A DNA stretch of 64,000 nucleotides from Macrostomum lignano (GCA_002269645.1 NIVC01003526.1:29040-93039), one strand, 5' to 3'. Positions 33,025 to 44,969 are shown, numbered from the stretch's first letter. Made by a program: numbers and translations. Notes: generated from the letters alone by a model not told the origin.

Positions 33025-33420
33025 GGCAATCCTTACGTACCCCCCGCCCGTAAATTCCAAAAATGAATTTTCCCACTAAAATGATTTTTCAAGTAAGTTT
33101 AAGGTATAATCTTTCATCCTGAAAAAATAAGTTTATTTTAAAGTAAATTTGTTTAAACATAATACCATTTTATTTTGATTTTCGTACGGTAATCACTGTA
33201 CTTTCACTGTACTTTTAATTGTTGACAAGCCAATCGTGTCTGATTGACCGGGCTTAGTGCCTTGAATAAACTTTATATATTAATTATTCAAACAAATTTA
33301 CTTAAAACCAGCTTTTTTACTTTATCGTGAAAGATAGTAAGATAAATTTACTTGAAAAACAATTTTTAGTTTAAAAATTGCGTTTTTGGAATTTACGGGA
33401 GTTACGGTCGAAGGATCGCC
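33025..33420. mobile_element. MITE with imperfect long TIRs (GGCRATCCTT...CCCGTAAATTCCAAAAA) and a perfect 8-bp TSD ACTTTTTG; Merlin-like termini
   Basis: TSD at 33017-33024 and 33421-33428. A GGNRM terminus with an 8-bp TSD fits the Merlin/IS1016 pattern. Confidence 0.7.
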
Positions 33421-34536
33421 ACTTTTTGTTTTAGTAATTCACTACTTAAGCAAAGTTTGGTTGCAGGAAACTTTAAAAAATCGACATCATAAGTGTGCTA
33501 TGATTCAGTCATTCGTGACCGAGCCAACTGTTTTATGTTTCTATGGTGTATGCACAGGCTTTGCGTAACCAAATACAGAAATCATCTGTGCACATAAATG
33601 ACGTGTCAGTTATTACTAGTATAGAGCAATTGATAGAAAATCAAACAGGCAAGTCTAAGTAACAATTTTGAGCTTCGTCATTCAAGTCTGACCTCCCGCA
33701 TTCTATACTTACTTATTAATTTGAATTCGTGCTAACACCTCAATTTTAGTATGGTCGGTGCGAGTAAGTGTCCTACAACAAAACCTACGACAAAGTTGCT
33801 TTCCAGAGCGAATTATTTCTGGTTTCGTTTAATTCCCCAAGTTTCAGCCATTAGGCCCTGTGAAAAAACTGAGCGAATGCTCCAACTGTTCTATAAGTTC
33901 TATCATTAGTTGTTTCCCTTCTAGAATATTCTCGCTCATTACAGTATTGTCTACGACGAAAGTTGTCTCCCCTTATCATCTAAGTCTAATGTTAATACTT
34001 ATTTACTAATAAACGTTATCTCTCTTATAAACCATAGATTTTATGCCTTCCGGTAGTATATTCAGAGATGCAGGATGGTATAGGACACAATAATCTATGT
34101 GTTTTCAGGGATTATATTTGTCTGTTTATATCTTCGTTGTCAGTTGGTTGTGCCCATAGTCATTAAACATTCAATATGATAAAACTTGAACGGTAACAAT
34201 TTGTAACTGGTAAGCACAGTTATCGTCAGAACAAAAGTAGAATAATACTTATTGTCCCATGACTGAGCGTGCGTTTTTGGTCCAAAAAGCGTGCATTAAT
34301 CTTACAGTCTATGGCCCAACCCTATGCGGCGTAGCAAAAAAAGCGTGCAGATAATGAAAAAAGCGTGCAGATAATGAAAAAGCGTGCAGATAAAAGCGTA
34401 CAGCGCCACAAAAACAGCAGTTTGCAAGCAACGTTTATTAAAACAAAGGGGAAAAACACAGCAGAATTTAACACCGATGCACAGAAACAAAAAATCAGCA
34501 GTAAAACAGATGACAGCAGAAAGGTCGACGAAGATC

Positions 34537-35996
34537 TTAGATGCGTCCAAACGTGCAGCCGGTGACGGGACCACTGAAATTAAATACAACCTGCGGTACA
34601 GGCCCAGTAGTATTGGTGGTTGGGGGCTCCGCGATCACACGAGCAGCAGGATCGTCCGTATTCGCCACGGCCCGTCGCGGGACCTTGCACGGAAGCGCCG
34701 AAACCTCCTTATCGACGCAGGCCACCTGGTTCGCGTGCATCGCCGTGTTCAACGGCGAGCACATGTCCTGCATCTCGCCAACGCGGCGTGACCCGAATCG
34801 AAGGTACCGACAGAGGCCGTGGCCTTGTGCCCCGTGACCTTGCAAATGTCGGATACTGAATGGCCGGCCACGGAGAGCTCCTTGATGACGGTGGACCGAA
34901 CGCAGTGCGCAGTGTAGCGCCGGCTCAAGCTGGCTGCCACGCAAATGCGTGGGAAGAGCTCGGCAAAGCCATTAACGCCAATAGGCTGCTTGGGCGAAAA
35001 CCACGTCCCCTTCTCGAAACCACTAACCTTCGGCTTCAGGAAGAACGCCACGTCATCGGACGCCTTTTCGCCACAAGATGAAGAGCTAGGAATTGACGCA
35101 CTTCTCTTCAGGAGGTAAAGTCGGAGGCACTCGACCGGGCACTTCACAGGAGACTCGGTCATCACAGCCTCCTTGACATTGTCGCTAGCGGCACGGCCCA
35201 AGTCCCTGGCGACATTCTTCACCCGCTTCTCTCGAAGCCGAACGATCTCGCGACCGTCGGGGGCCTTGTCGAACTCGAAGCTGTCCACCCGCAAATCCCT
35301 CAACCACTCTCGACCACGGGTGCCGAAGTAGAAGACGACGTTGTAGTACGTCTCAAGCAGAAGGCGAGTGGGAGTGCTCCGTTCGAAGTAGTCACCCAGT
35401 TTCTGTAGGTCCGATGGCTCCATGGCCTGGAAGTGGTCCACGCGGCCACCGCGGGCAAAGAAAAGACGCCCACCGGCCTTCAGCATTTGATTTGCAGAGT
35501 AGAACCGACCATCGGAAATGATGTTGATGCCCCGGTTCTTCATCAGGTAGCGGAACAAGGCAGCGCGAATGCACACGAGGCTGCTAGGAGCATACGGCTG
35601 GCCATCAGTCTTGCGAAGAGTGCCGTAAAAGTAGCGCAGGCCAACGCTCAGCTCCTCAGGTTGCGAGGTGTCCAAATCGACGCGCAGGTGCGGATACTTG
35701 GCCAAGAAATCGCGAAATTTCGCGACGTATTGAGCCTCATGCTTCTTAGGCGATTTTACATCGGTCTCTTGCTCCAGCGCCCGGATTGATGCGTCAAGGT
35801 CGATCGAGGCCAAGTCGTCGTTCAAATCAGGGATGGAGTCGAATGGGCGGTTCAGCTCCTCGTTGTCGTCCACACTAGTTGCTTGGAGACGTAACTGCTC
35901 GTCCACAAGCTTCTCAACGTCGGCCCACTCCAAATGGTGGGAGATCTCACCGGCCGTCATGCCGCTTCTCATGCCGTTAGGAAATAATGAATCCAT
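34537..35996 (-). mobile_element. Crypton-like tyrosine recombinase YR1, nearly intact with one frameshift near 34818; element about 34307-36069
   Basis: LRYFYGTLRKTDGQPY..SL N-terminal block, FGTRGRE (catalytic R), HCVRST (H-x-x-R), TGHK. The catalytic RY and C-terminus continue in ORF 34537..34944. GTCTATGG at both ends. Confidence 0.9.
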
Positions 35997-36749
35997 ATGG
36001 GGCCAAACTCACGATCAGAAGCTTGTGCATAGCAAGAAATTGTCTATGGTCACTAAAAAATGTCTATGGTAGGAACCCTAGCTGCAGGAACAAAAAGCGT
36101 GCAGATAATAAAGTACAGTGCTGTGACGAAGAATTTTTTCAACGCACGCTCAGTCATGGGACAATATGCCCGATATACTTTCGAGTGCGATAATAGTCTA
36201 TGGCACTCGTGCGCTTCGCGCACTCGAGCCAAGACTATTATCGCACGAGTAAGCCTAGTAGTAATCTTACATTATCATATAGACTATCGTTTTTAATGCA
36301 TTTTTTAATAAAGCTGTTAAGTCACGATAAATTGCCATAGATTATGAGCGAGAAATTCACTGTTTTTATTAATTTAAGCAACAAGAACTTTAACAGGAAA
36401 CAGATCGAGGATATAGCAAAGCAAACGAATACCAAAGTATTTAATTTTCGACAGTTAAGACTTATAAGTACGAGCTATATATTCTTTGTTAGAAGTTGAA
36501 CGTGCACCCATCGAAGAGGCAGTTGGCAAACATCGGCTGTTGCACACTTCGCATGTCAACTTGAGCTTGCTGCGTGACTGTTGCACTAGTGGTTGCACTC
36601 TGCATGGGAGTCTAACTTATTTGCTCGTAAATACTTTCTAGCCCATGTCGGCCTTCGGCCGCCATGGGTAGAAATTATTAGTCGCCTCGGTTGGTGGGGC
36701 CAAATTGTCACTAACAGCGGTAGCAACCTTCCTGAGGGTTCTGTCACGC

Positions 36750-37060
36750 TTGCGTGCGAGATAACGTCGAACAGCTCACATCCACAGCACCATCCTTCTT
36801 TAAAAACTCCACGAACATTTTGCCATACAGAAACATGTGTTCTCGTGTAGTGCTCGGCAGTGATTCCAGTTCGACAACATCCATCACACTGGGTAAATCA
36901 GATAGTTCTGGAAGCTCGACACTAGAAACCGCAGCGGCCTCATCAGCCGTCTCGATTTTAGACAGTTAGTCGATAAAATCTCCAAGAATTTCATCGGAAC
37001 TGTGGTTCACGGCGCTCAGTTCACTCAGAAATCTAGTTCAGTAGACGAGACGCCATCTAA
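36750..37060 (-). pseudogene. YR6: N-terminal relic of another Crypton-like recombinase (not in the ORF track)
   Basis: 36792-36882 translates DVVELESLPSTTREHMFLYGKMFVEFLKKD, paralleling YR1 (LEQETDVKSPKKHEAQYVAKFRDFL) and YR5 (LEQDCAVQSTEKQTELYAGRFKAFL). Upstream AAAAAATTGTCTATGG is like that of YR1. Confidence 0.55.
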
Positions 37061-37439
37061 ACTGTCGACCGGTAGATTTTTCCAGTTGATAAGAGGCATT
37101 TTTAATTCGATTTCTCTCGCTTCTTGCTTCTATTTCTTAACTTCCTAACAGACTTCATGGTAGAGCTTTTCTTTTAGAGAACTGTATTCTAAAAAATTGT
37201 CTATGGTCCCTTGACCCTGCTCACTGCCGAGCCAATATCTATGGCACGAAGACACTGGTAGATTAAGTCTATGGTTTCAGACTTGGATAATGATCAAGAT
37301 CATTGATCATGATCATGATCATTAAATAATGATCATTATTTAATTCTGAAACCATATACATAATCGCATTATCATATAGACTAGCGTTTTCGGTTGATCA
37401 TTATGTAACGCCGAACGAGAACGAGTAACGAGAAGACTG

Positions 37440-38688
37440 ATGGTAAGCAGTGCTTACCATGGCCCAACTCAACTTTCTGCCGACCAGAGTAAATTAAATT
37501 CTATGGCTCAATTGGAAGTATCCGTTCTTGCCGGAAATGGTAAGCACTGCTTACCATGAGTATTCTAGGTTTTCTTGTTTTCTGACAATTATAGGCTTTG
37601 CATTCTACTTTCTTAATTGTTTCGTCAGTAACGTTCCTTTGTGCTTTGGTTCAAAAACACACATTTTGTTCGAAGTTCGAAGAGGCTTCAACAAAGTTTG
37701 AAATCGAATTTACTAATAACAGAGTTAAACAACAAAAATGAGAATGAAAAACCTGATAATATTCTGGCTGATCGAACTTACTGCGCATACAGAGCGTACG
37801 GCTCGTGCACTACAGAAACTATAACTAGTGAAACTAATATAAATTATCAAGAGTTGTGAACTAATTTGAGCTAAAGACAAGAGCCAAAAACAGTAAACAG
37901 AAAGGATGAAAACTTTAGTTTTAGCGGAACCACTAAAGCCTGCCGAAGCTGAGCCGGAACTCCTCGGTCTGGCCTCACGGTGCCCGTCAAGAACGTTGAA
38001 TGGTCGATAAGGAACTGGGACAACCTGTATGATGTAAACCAGGTGTCAATTGAGGCCAGCAGTTCCGGTAAATTCAAAACATTCTGTCCCTTCATCGGAC
38101 CCAGGCTCGACAAGTCGCCAAACATTCTCAACTTCAGCAGCATCGCCATCTGCAAACTCCTGTTCTTCCTCGCCGTCAGGCCCTTCTATGGTTGGAGGAT
38201 TGCCACCCAGTGCTTCTTCGCCAACCTCCTCGCCAGGCTCCTCGTCTATTGTTAAGTAGGATTCGAGGCTTGCTTCACTGTCAGAGGTCATGTAGTCGAT
38301 CTCAGAGGCAGAAGCCATTGTCTTTAGGATATCAGTGAGTAAATACTGTGTCAAATTTAGCGAGAAGGCTAACAAACAAGATGTTAAGAGTGTTACTGTA
38401 AGAAAGCTAGTTTTACTACAAAGGGGACTTGCTGTCTGAGCACAGATTTCTATGGTAAGCAGCGCATACCAAGCAGGCAGCAAGTGAAACTGTTTTATTT
38501 GCTAAAGCAGTAGTGCTGTTCATTTTCTTCCCGTCTAGCGCGTCAGTTTGAGCCAAGCTGGATCAGTATGCCTAGCCGGCAGGAATGGAAGTGACATGCT
38601 ATGCCAGAAAATATCTATGATAAGCACTGCTGACCAAGCAGTCGGGAACAGACAAATTATGGATTCTGGTTAGGCAGGAAGAGGTTAA
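37440..38688 (-). mobile_element. Internally deleted piggyBac relic
   Basis: TTAA|CCTCTTCC terminus at 38685-38688; acidic N-terminus (38046..38483); DTWFTSYRLSQFL..TFLTGTVRPDRGVP piggyBac DDD-domain motif; palindromic TGGTAAGCA(G/C)TGCTTACCA subterminal repeats at 37441, 37539, 38453 and 38619. Confidence 0.75.
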
Positions 38689-39143
38689 GCCACGCCATTA
38701 AGTAACGCTGCAGTGTCTTCGTAATCGGACCATAGACAATTTTTTAGAATACAGTTAATGGTTAATGGTTAATTGGTAATTACTTAATTAATATAATTGA
38801 TTAACGCTTTTTAGTATTACCAAATATAATTGGTAATACTGTGATCATTATCCAAGTCTGAAACCATAGACTTAATCTACCATTGTGCAACGCTCAAGCG
38901 TGCAGATAATGCCTATGTCTATGGTAAAATCCTATTGGCAATCTATACAAAAAGCGTGCTGATAATAAAAAAGCGTGCAGATAATTTATGTCTAGATGGC
39001 AAAACTTTAACATGGTTTGTCGGCGTTTGTGTATATTTTAAGTAACAATTTAACGAAACAACAGTACTGCAAAGAACTGTATGAGAGGCCTGCGTCACTT
39101 TTGCAGTATTGTCCATTTTAAAGTAGATGTAGAAAAGGTACCG

Positions 39144-39961
39144 TCATTTTGGCGAATTAAAGGTGTACCCACTCACGTTTCCATGAAAGTTGAGTGTCAA
39201 GGTGACCTGTCGTAGCTCGGCATGGTTGCCGCTGTTGGCCACAGCGCGCTCTGCTGGCATAGACGTCTCCATTCGATTTGTGCCGCCCATGGATGAGTTA
39301 GCTCCATGCAGCGATGAATGCAGTGCGCTGCACATGGCCCGCATCTCGGATGTGCGTCGACTTCCGAATTGCAGGTACCTTTCGACTGTTTTCACCAGTT
39401 TGTGACCAGCCACTTTACAGATATCGGCATTCGAGTAACCAGCATCAGAAAACTCCTTGATGACAGTCGGACGGACAAAATGGGCCGTGTAGCGCTTACT
39501 CAAACTGGCAGCCTCCGATATCTGGGTCATCATGGTTGCTAGGGTGTTCACACCAAGCGCTTGCGAAGCGCAATACCAGTTTGAATTCTTCTTCGAGTTC
39601 GTGGATTCGATTCCATGAAGGCCAACAGCCTTTTGACGTACTGATCCGTCTGTCGTCTGGTATTGTTACTCGCGACACTGTCTTCTAGGTCTTTGATAGC
39701 TTTTTCGAGGTCTTCAACGCTGGGCACGCAGTCGAACATGTCATCCAGGTCAATATCCTCGGGCAGCAACAAAATCTCGCCATCTCCATTAGACGGTTGC
39801 TCGACCAGACGCTCGTCCATTTGCTTTTCCATAAACCGCTCCTCGGTTTGCTGTTGAAGGAGAATGTCAATCTGTGATGATGACATTCCAGAAATGGCTT
39901 CTCCAGGCAGTTTCTTGTAGTCTATATAGTAGACACGCTTAGTCGGTAGCTCCATGGTCAA
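39144..39961 (-). pseudogene. YR2: internally deleted Crypton-like recombinase of the YR1 subfamily; element about 38917-40040
   Basis: The N-terminus (..SNNTRRQTDQYVKRLLAF) is fused near 39590 to the C-terminus (AHFVRPT, VAGHK, ERY). The middle, including the first catalytic Arg, is missing. Confidence 0.85.
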
Positions 39962-40968
39962 GTTGTAGATCGCGTGATTTCTGGGTTCTTCTTAAACTTC
40001 AAACGCTCTTAAAAGTTATATAGATATATGTCTATCGGTGATACCCGAAAAGCGTGCAGATTGCTTTGGTTTGCATGGGTGCTTGCGCCTGTGCAAACCG
40101 GCTTTAGTGATCAGCCCGCCCCCTTTGCTGTCTCTGTGCATCTGTGTGGGGTGGGGGCTGGCCCCCACCCCCCCTCCGCCTGCTAGCCTTTTTAGGTGAG
40201 CCTCTCACCGCGTTTTCTGACTCAATTTGCGCGCAGCTCTCCGCTTGAGTTTTTTTTTAATTCAATTTCTGCTTTTATCTCAATTTTTTTGCTTGTAACT
40301 CGTTATACTCGTAAAATACATAGCTTGGAGGTCGCTTTTTCGCTGTGCGCCTCCCGCGCGTTGCTCGCCTTGCTCGCCAATTGTCTCTGTGTCTCTTTGT
40401 GTCGGGCTGGTCACTAAAACGGGTCTATGGCCACGAGAGAATAATTTCGCGTTCGTACAATGCGTAGCGCACGAGTGCATAGACGTTAACAGCACTCAAT
40501 AGTTAGTGTCAATCCATCATTGCAACGATAACAGCTTATGCTGTTATCTTACGATATCTTACGATAGCTTACGATAACAAGACCATGGATGAAGGAATAG
40601 AAAGGATCGCTCATCTGAAAACGAGTCTATGGCCAAAACCTACTAAAAATTGGGATATTCCCCCCCATGAATTTTATTGGCTGCTGGAATTTAATAATAG
40701 TCCCCCCCTAAGTTCTTACTGGCTGAAGGTTGTACGCGGGGGGGAATTCCAAAGTCACGGATTAACGCGCATAGGGAAAGAATGCACTATTTTAAAGACA
40801 TACAAGTTACATGGCCAGACATTACATTTGCGCTCTTTTGCCTGATAAACAAATTTTGCCTCTTGATAGACCAGCAGTTTGTATTTTTTGTATATACTTG
40901 ACTGATTATGTAGAGGAATTGAAGGATGCAGTGATTGAAACAAATAACAATTTGTTGCAAAAATTAAC

Positions 40969-41278
40969 GGGGGTTGTAGCCTAGTGGTCAGAGCGTCGGA
41001 CTCACGACTTGAAGGTCGGGGGTTCGATTCCCGATCCCACTGGAACAATTTGTGTCCTTGAGCAAGACGCTTAACTCTGCATTGCTTCAGTTCACCCAGC
41101 TGTAAAATGGGTGCCAGCATTAGCTGGGGTAATTGAGGGTGTGTGTGGCGACCCCATCAGTCCTTAGACTTAACAGCCGTACGCAGCCTTCAGATGCGCC
41201 GCAGAATAGCTGCGACTTAGCTGTCGGTTGCACATCTGGTCCAATTGGGGCAGGTGTAATCAATTATTAAATTATTAC
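40969..41278 (+). mobile_element. tRNA-derived SINE
   Basis: A box TAGCCTAGTGG and B box GGTTCGATTCCC. Central GTGTCCTTGAGCAAGAC...CACCCAGCTGTAAAATGGGT resembles conserved central domains of metazoan SINEs. (AATTATT)n tail. Confidence 0.8.
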
Positions 41279-41966
41279 TGCAAAAATTAAGAAACAAGAC
41301 AACTAAGCATAAAGCGATTGAACTTTAAAGAAGTGAGGGGCTAGTTAGCAAAAAAGTGAGGAACTTGAGGAAAAAGCAACTTGAGGCGGGATTGAAGCTG
41401 GAAGCTGCGGCGTAGCTGGGTATTGCACTGGTATTGCGACAGGGTTAAGTTTTTTTCTTTTTCCCTTGACATAATAACCCATAACCCTTGAGATAACAAC
41501 GATCATGAGTCTGGAGAAAAATATTTGTCGCACAGCACAGTATTTCGCGTTGGCGTAAACTTTGGACTAGTATTTATGCTCGATAGCCAAATGGAGAGCT
41601 GCTGGCTTGACTTAATAGGAAAGTAAAAAAAACTAACCTTGCTGCCGTCCTCATTTCTGTCACCAGTCTTAGACGAGCTGTCCTGAGCAGCGCAGTAGCG
41701 CTTGGCTATCCAGCTTTAGACGAAAACAACTTAACACAGAACAAAAACTTCTACCCCATTTGGCCGCTCCATATACCTGGTATATCTATGGTTCAATGCA
41801 ACAATTCTTTGGCCCGGCCAAAGAAACATCGGTCCGGGCCAGAGAAATCAACTCAACAACAGTATATTTATTATCAGAAAGTGATGTAATAAAACAACAT
41901 TAACAATGCAATATTAAAGGAAGAAATTTTTTTACGATGCTGTATTTTGTCACTTCAATCATTTAA

Positions 41967-43393
41967 TCATTCGAAATAGATGCTCACTTTGTTTGTATCG
42001 CCACACACCTCCAGGTGCATTCTCTTCACCCTTGGTTGACCACTGCCAACGCCACCGTCCATCTCGTCTCCAGCCCCGGCCGGCTCGGTTTTTGCTGCAC
42101 TATCCGGTTTCGTTTCAGCAGCTGCAGATCCAGCTAGGATGGCGCTGAAAGTTTTCTCTTGACTCATTGAGATGCCAATGTAGCGCTCTAAAGCGTTGCT
42201 ACTGTGCCCGGTCACACGTGCTATGTCAGCTCGTTGCACGCCAGCCTCGTTCAGGGTGGTAGCGCAGGTCTTGCGTAGACTTTGATTAGTGTAGCGTGTA
42301 CCATTACCAGGCGAAACATCGTTCACTAAAGTCTTGACAGTGTCAGCCAGGGTGTGCCGTCCCATTGGCGTCCGCATAAACCACTCGGCGCGGCTGTCTG
42401 GCTTCCACTGACGATTGCATGACAAGATAAACGCTTCATGGCACTCACGTGGCCGACGCGCGCAGTAGTCCGTGTACACACAGACAATGCACCTGGCATG
42501 ATCTTCGGTGTGGAAAGCTCTGACAACCTTGGGTTCGCGACGAAGGCCCTTTAGGCCGCCTTGATTGGATTTCGTTCCAGCGTTGTCTCTATAAACCAAG
42601 CAGAATTCATTGTCTACCTTCTCCAGTTGGATTTGGCGGTTGTACACCAGATTACGCAGTTCGGATCCCCCGCGGAGAGCAAAGTGCTTACCGACGCACC
42701 AGATCAGAGCGCACTCACTAGCTGTTTTGGCGTATCCCGACCAAGCATGCCACTTTGCCACAGCTTGTCTTCTATGCTGGCAGGAACAGGCTCAGCTCTA
42801 CGCAGTCCACTACCTCTGCCCTCTCGAGTACTCATCTTCATTGAAGCGTCCAACGCCCGTCGACTCTCAGCGAATTCCACATCCTTCCACAGGCTAAACG
42901 GTTTCTTGCAGTCGTTGACTAGGTAGTACTGCAACATACTGAAAAAGTCCTTCAACGTAGAAGCAGTGTACCGAGAGCCACTCTTTGTACGAACCTCCAG
43001 TATGAACCATTTAAGTAGATAGTTAAGGTCCGATTTGCTCATGTCGGCAAGATCGGCAAGAATCATCAGAGCAGGACCACCATTAGGTTCGGATTTTGCC
43101 CACTGTTCCTTCTTCTTGTCGTGCCAGCGTCGAAAAGCTTCCACCATCCATTGACACTTCTTCTTTGTTCCCTCCGGAATAACAGATTTAATTATTTCTT
43201 CTAGCCTCTGCTCCTCGGTAGCAAACTCCAATTCTCCATCTGTAGGAACGCCTGTAGCACTCAATAAATCGTCGATTGTCGCAAAGTCGAGTGGCATAAA
43301 GTCGATCCCGAGATCAAAATCTAAATCCATGCTTGTGATTGTTGCGTTGTTCAAATAAAGTTGCAAACTAAAGAGTAAAGAAAGATCGTGCAT
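41967..43393 (-). mobile_element. Crypton-like tyrosine recombinase YR3 (DUF3504/CryptonA-like FALRGG type), one frameshift near 42715; element 41784-43444
   Basis: LKWFILEVRTKSGSRY, HFALRGGSELR, TKSNQGG, NQSLRKT, TGHSS..LERY. Inverted termini ATCTATGGTTCAA ... TTGACCATAGAC. Confidence 0.9.
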
Positions 43394-43850
43394 GGGTCTT
43401 CTCTAGGCGAGGACCTATACTAAAAAGAAGTCTTGACCATAGACACTTACAACACGACTCTGACGGACCGACCAAATGAGGCAGAAATCTATTCTTTCCG
43501 TTTCATTGATTCTTTGGTCCAAACCGCTTAGGCTTTGAACTCGATTCCAGGCCTCGGCTACGCCTCGGCCAAGAAACGAGTTCTCAGCCAAGCGGTTTGG
43601 ACCAAAGAAGTAAAGAAACGGAAAGAACTTATACAGAGCTATTTGATGCATGTACGTTGGCTAGACATCTATAACTGATTTCTTCCTCTGGGCCATGACG
43701 GCTTAGGGGAAAGAAATTAGCGTTTAAAACAAGAAAAAAGGTTATCTATGTTTATTCTACTACAGCCTACATAGTATGCATGCTAATCGTGACTTTGGAT
43801 TTTCCCCCTCGTACAAGCTTCAGCCAGTAAGAACTTAGGGGGGACTATTA

Positions 43851-44847
43851 TACCTTTTCAACTTCGGATTCGTCAAAAGTGAGTTCAAATTCGTCAGCGT
43901 ATGCAAAACTACGAGTATATAGCGCTCAAGGGAAAGAGACTGAGTGTCTATGGTAAATTTTTAGAGAAAGTGACTTCGAATTCGTCTAAGTAAGTGAAAT
44001 TCGTCCGTGCAAATACAGCCTGATCAGAAAAAGTGTTTGCTTTGTCCATGGTAAGAAAAGAAGATTTTTATGGTAAGTTTAAGTAAGAAAGTGAGTGAAG
44101 TTCGTCTGTGGAAAAGTAACCCAATTTCTTGAAATCTTCATCTCATGCTTTGATTGTTGTCAGAGATGCCCTACATGAGAATTTCGTCTGTGGATCGCTC
44201 TAGACTCGTGCGATGTTTTCAACAAGGACGAGACTGAAGACAACTCGCAATTGAACTGGATATCAAGAGGACAACTGTTAGTGACATCATCAGGAGATAT
44301 GTTGATGAGGGTAGGATTGATCTTAACGCGCGTGGAGGTGCAGTGAGACCAAAGTTTTCTGAGGAGATGCTCGGTGCCTTGACGAGGTATGTGGAAGAGA
44401 AGCCGACTGTGACCCTCAAAGAAATGCAGCAAAAGCTTGTTGCAGATTTTCCTGCTGCTCCTGCTGTGACAACGCAGGCAATCAGTCGTCGGCTTGACGG
44501 GACTTTGTGCGATACATTGGCTGTTTGTTGTCATGTAGGGCATCTCTGACAACAATCAAAGCATGAAATGTAGATTTCAAGAAATTGGGTTACTTTTCCA
44601 CAGACGAACTTCACTCACTTTCTTACTTAAACTTACCATAGACACCTTCTTTTCTTACCATGGACAAAGCAAACACTTTCTGATCAGGCTGTATTTGCAC
44701 TGACGAATTTCACTTACTTAGACGAATTCGAAGTCACTCTCTAAAATTTACCATAGACACTCATTCTCTTCCCCTTGAGCGCCATATAGTTTTGCATACG
44801 CTGACGAATTTGAACTCACTTTTGACGAATCCGAAGTTCAAAAGGTA
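43851..44847 (+). mobile_element. Tc1/mariner-like deletion derivative with ~320-bp TIRs and TA TSD; only the paired-like HTH part of the transposase remains (44175 to about 44510, one internal stop)
   Basis: TIRs 43851-44178 and 44531-44847; TA at 43849-50 and 44848-49. The empty site is seen in the other TIR copy at about 40690. Translation: ..LAIELDIKRTTVSDIIRRY....RGG..RPKFSEEM...YVEEKPTVTLKEMQ..TISRRL-type HTH-HTH. Confidence 0.8.
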
Positions 44848-44969
44848 TATTAAATTCCAGCAGCCAATAAAATTAATGGGGGGGGAATATCCCAATTTCT
44901 TGTAGGTTTTGGCCATAGACTCGTTTTCAGATGAGCGATCCTTTCTATTCCTTCATCCATGAACAAGAC

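Larger units (their letters stand above)
40584..44961. mobile_element. Non-autonomous DNA transposon with ~190-bp TIRs (CATGGATGAAGG...) and 8-bp flanking direct repeat AACAAGAC; P-like termini; hosts a SINE, YR3 and a Tc1-like element
   Basis: 40584-40775 is the reverse complement of 43775-43850 plus 44848-44961. AACAAGAC at 40576-40583 and 44962-44969. Confidence 0.7.
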
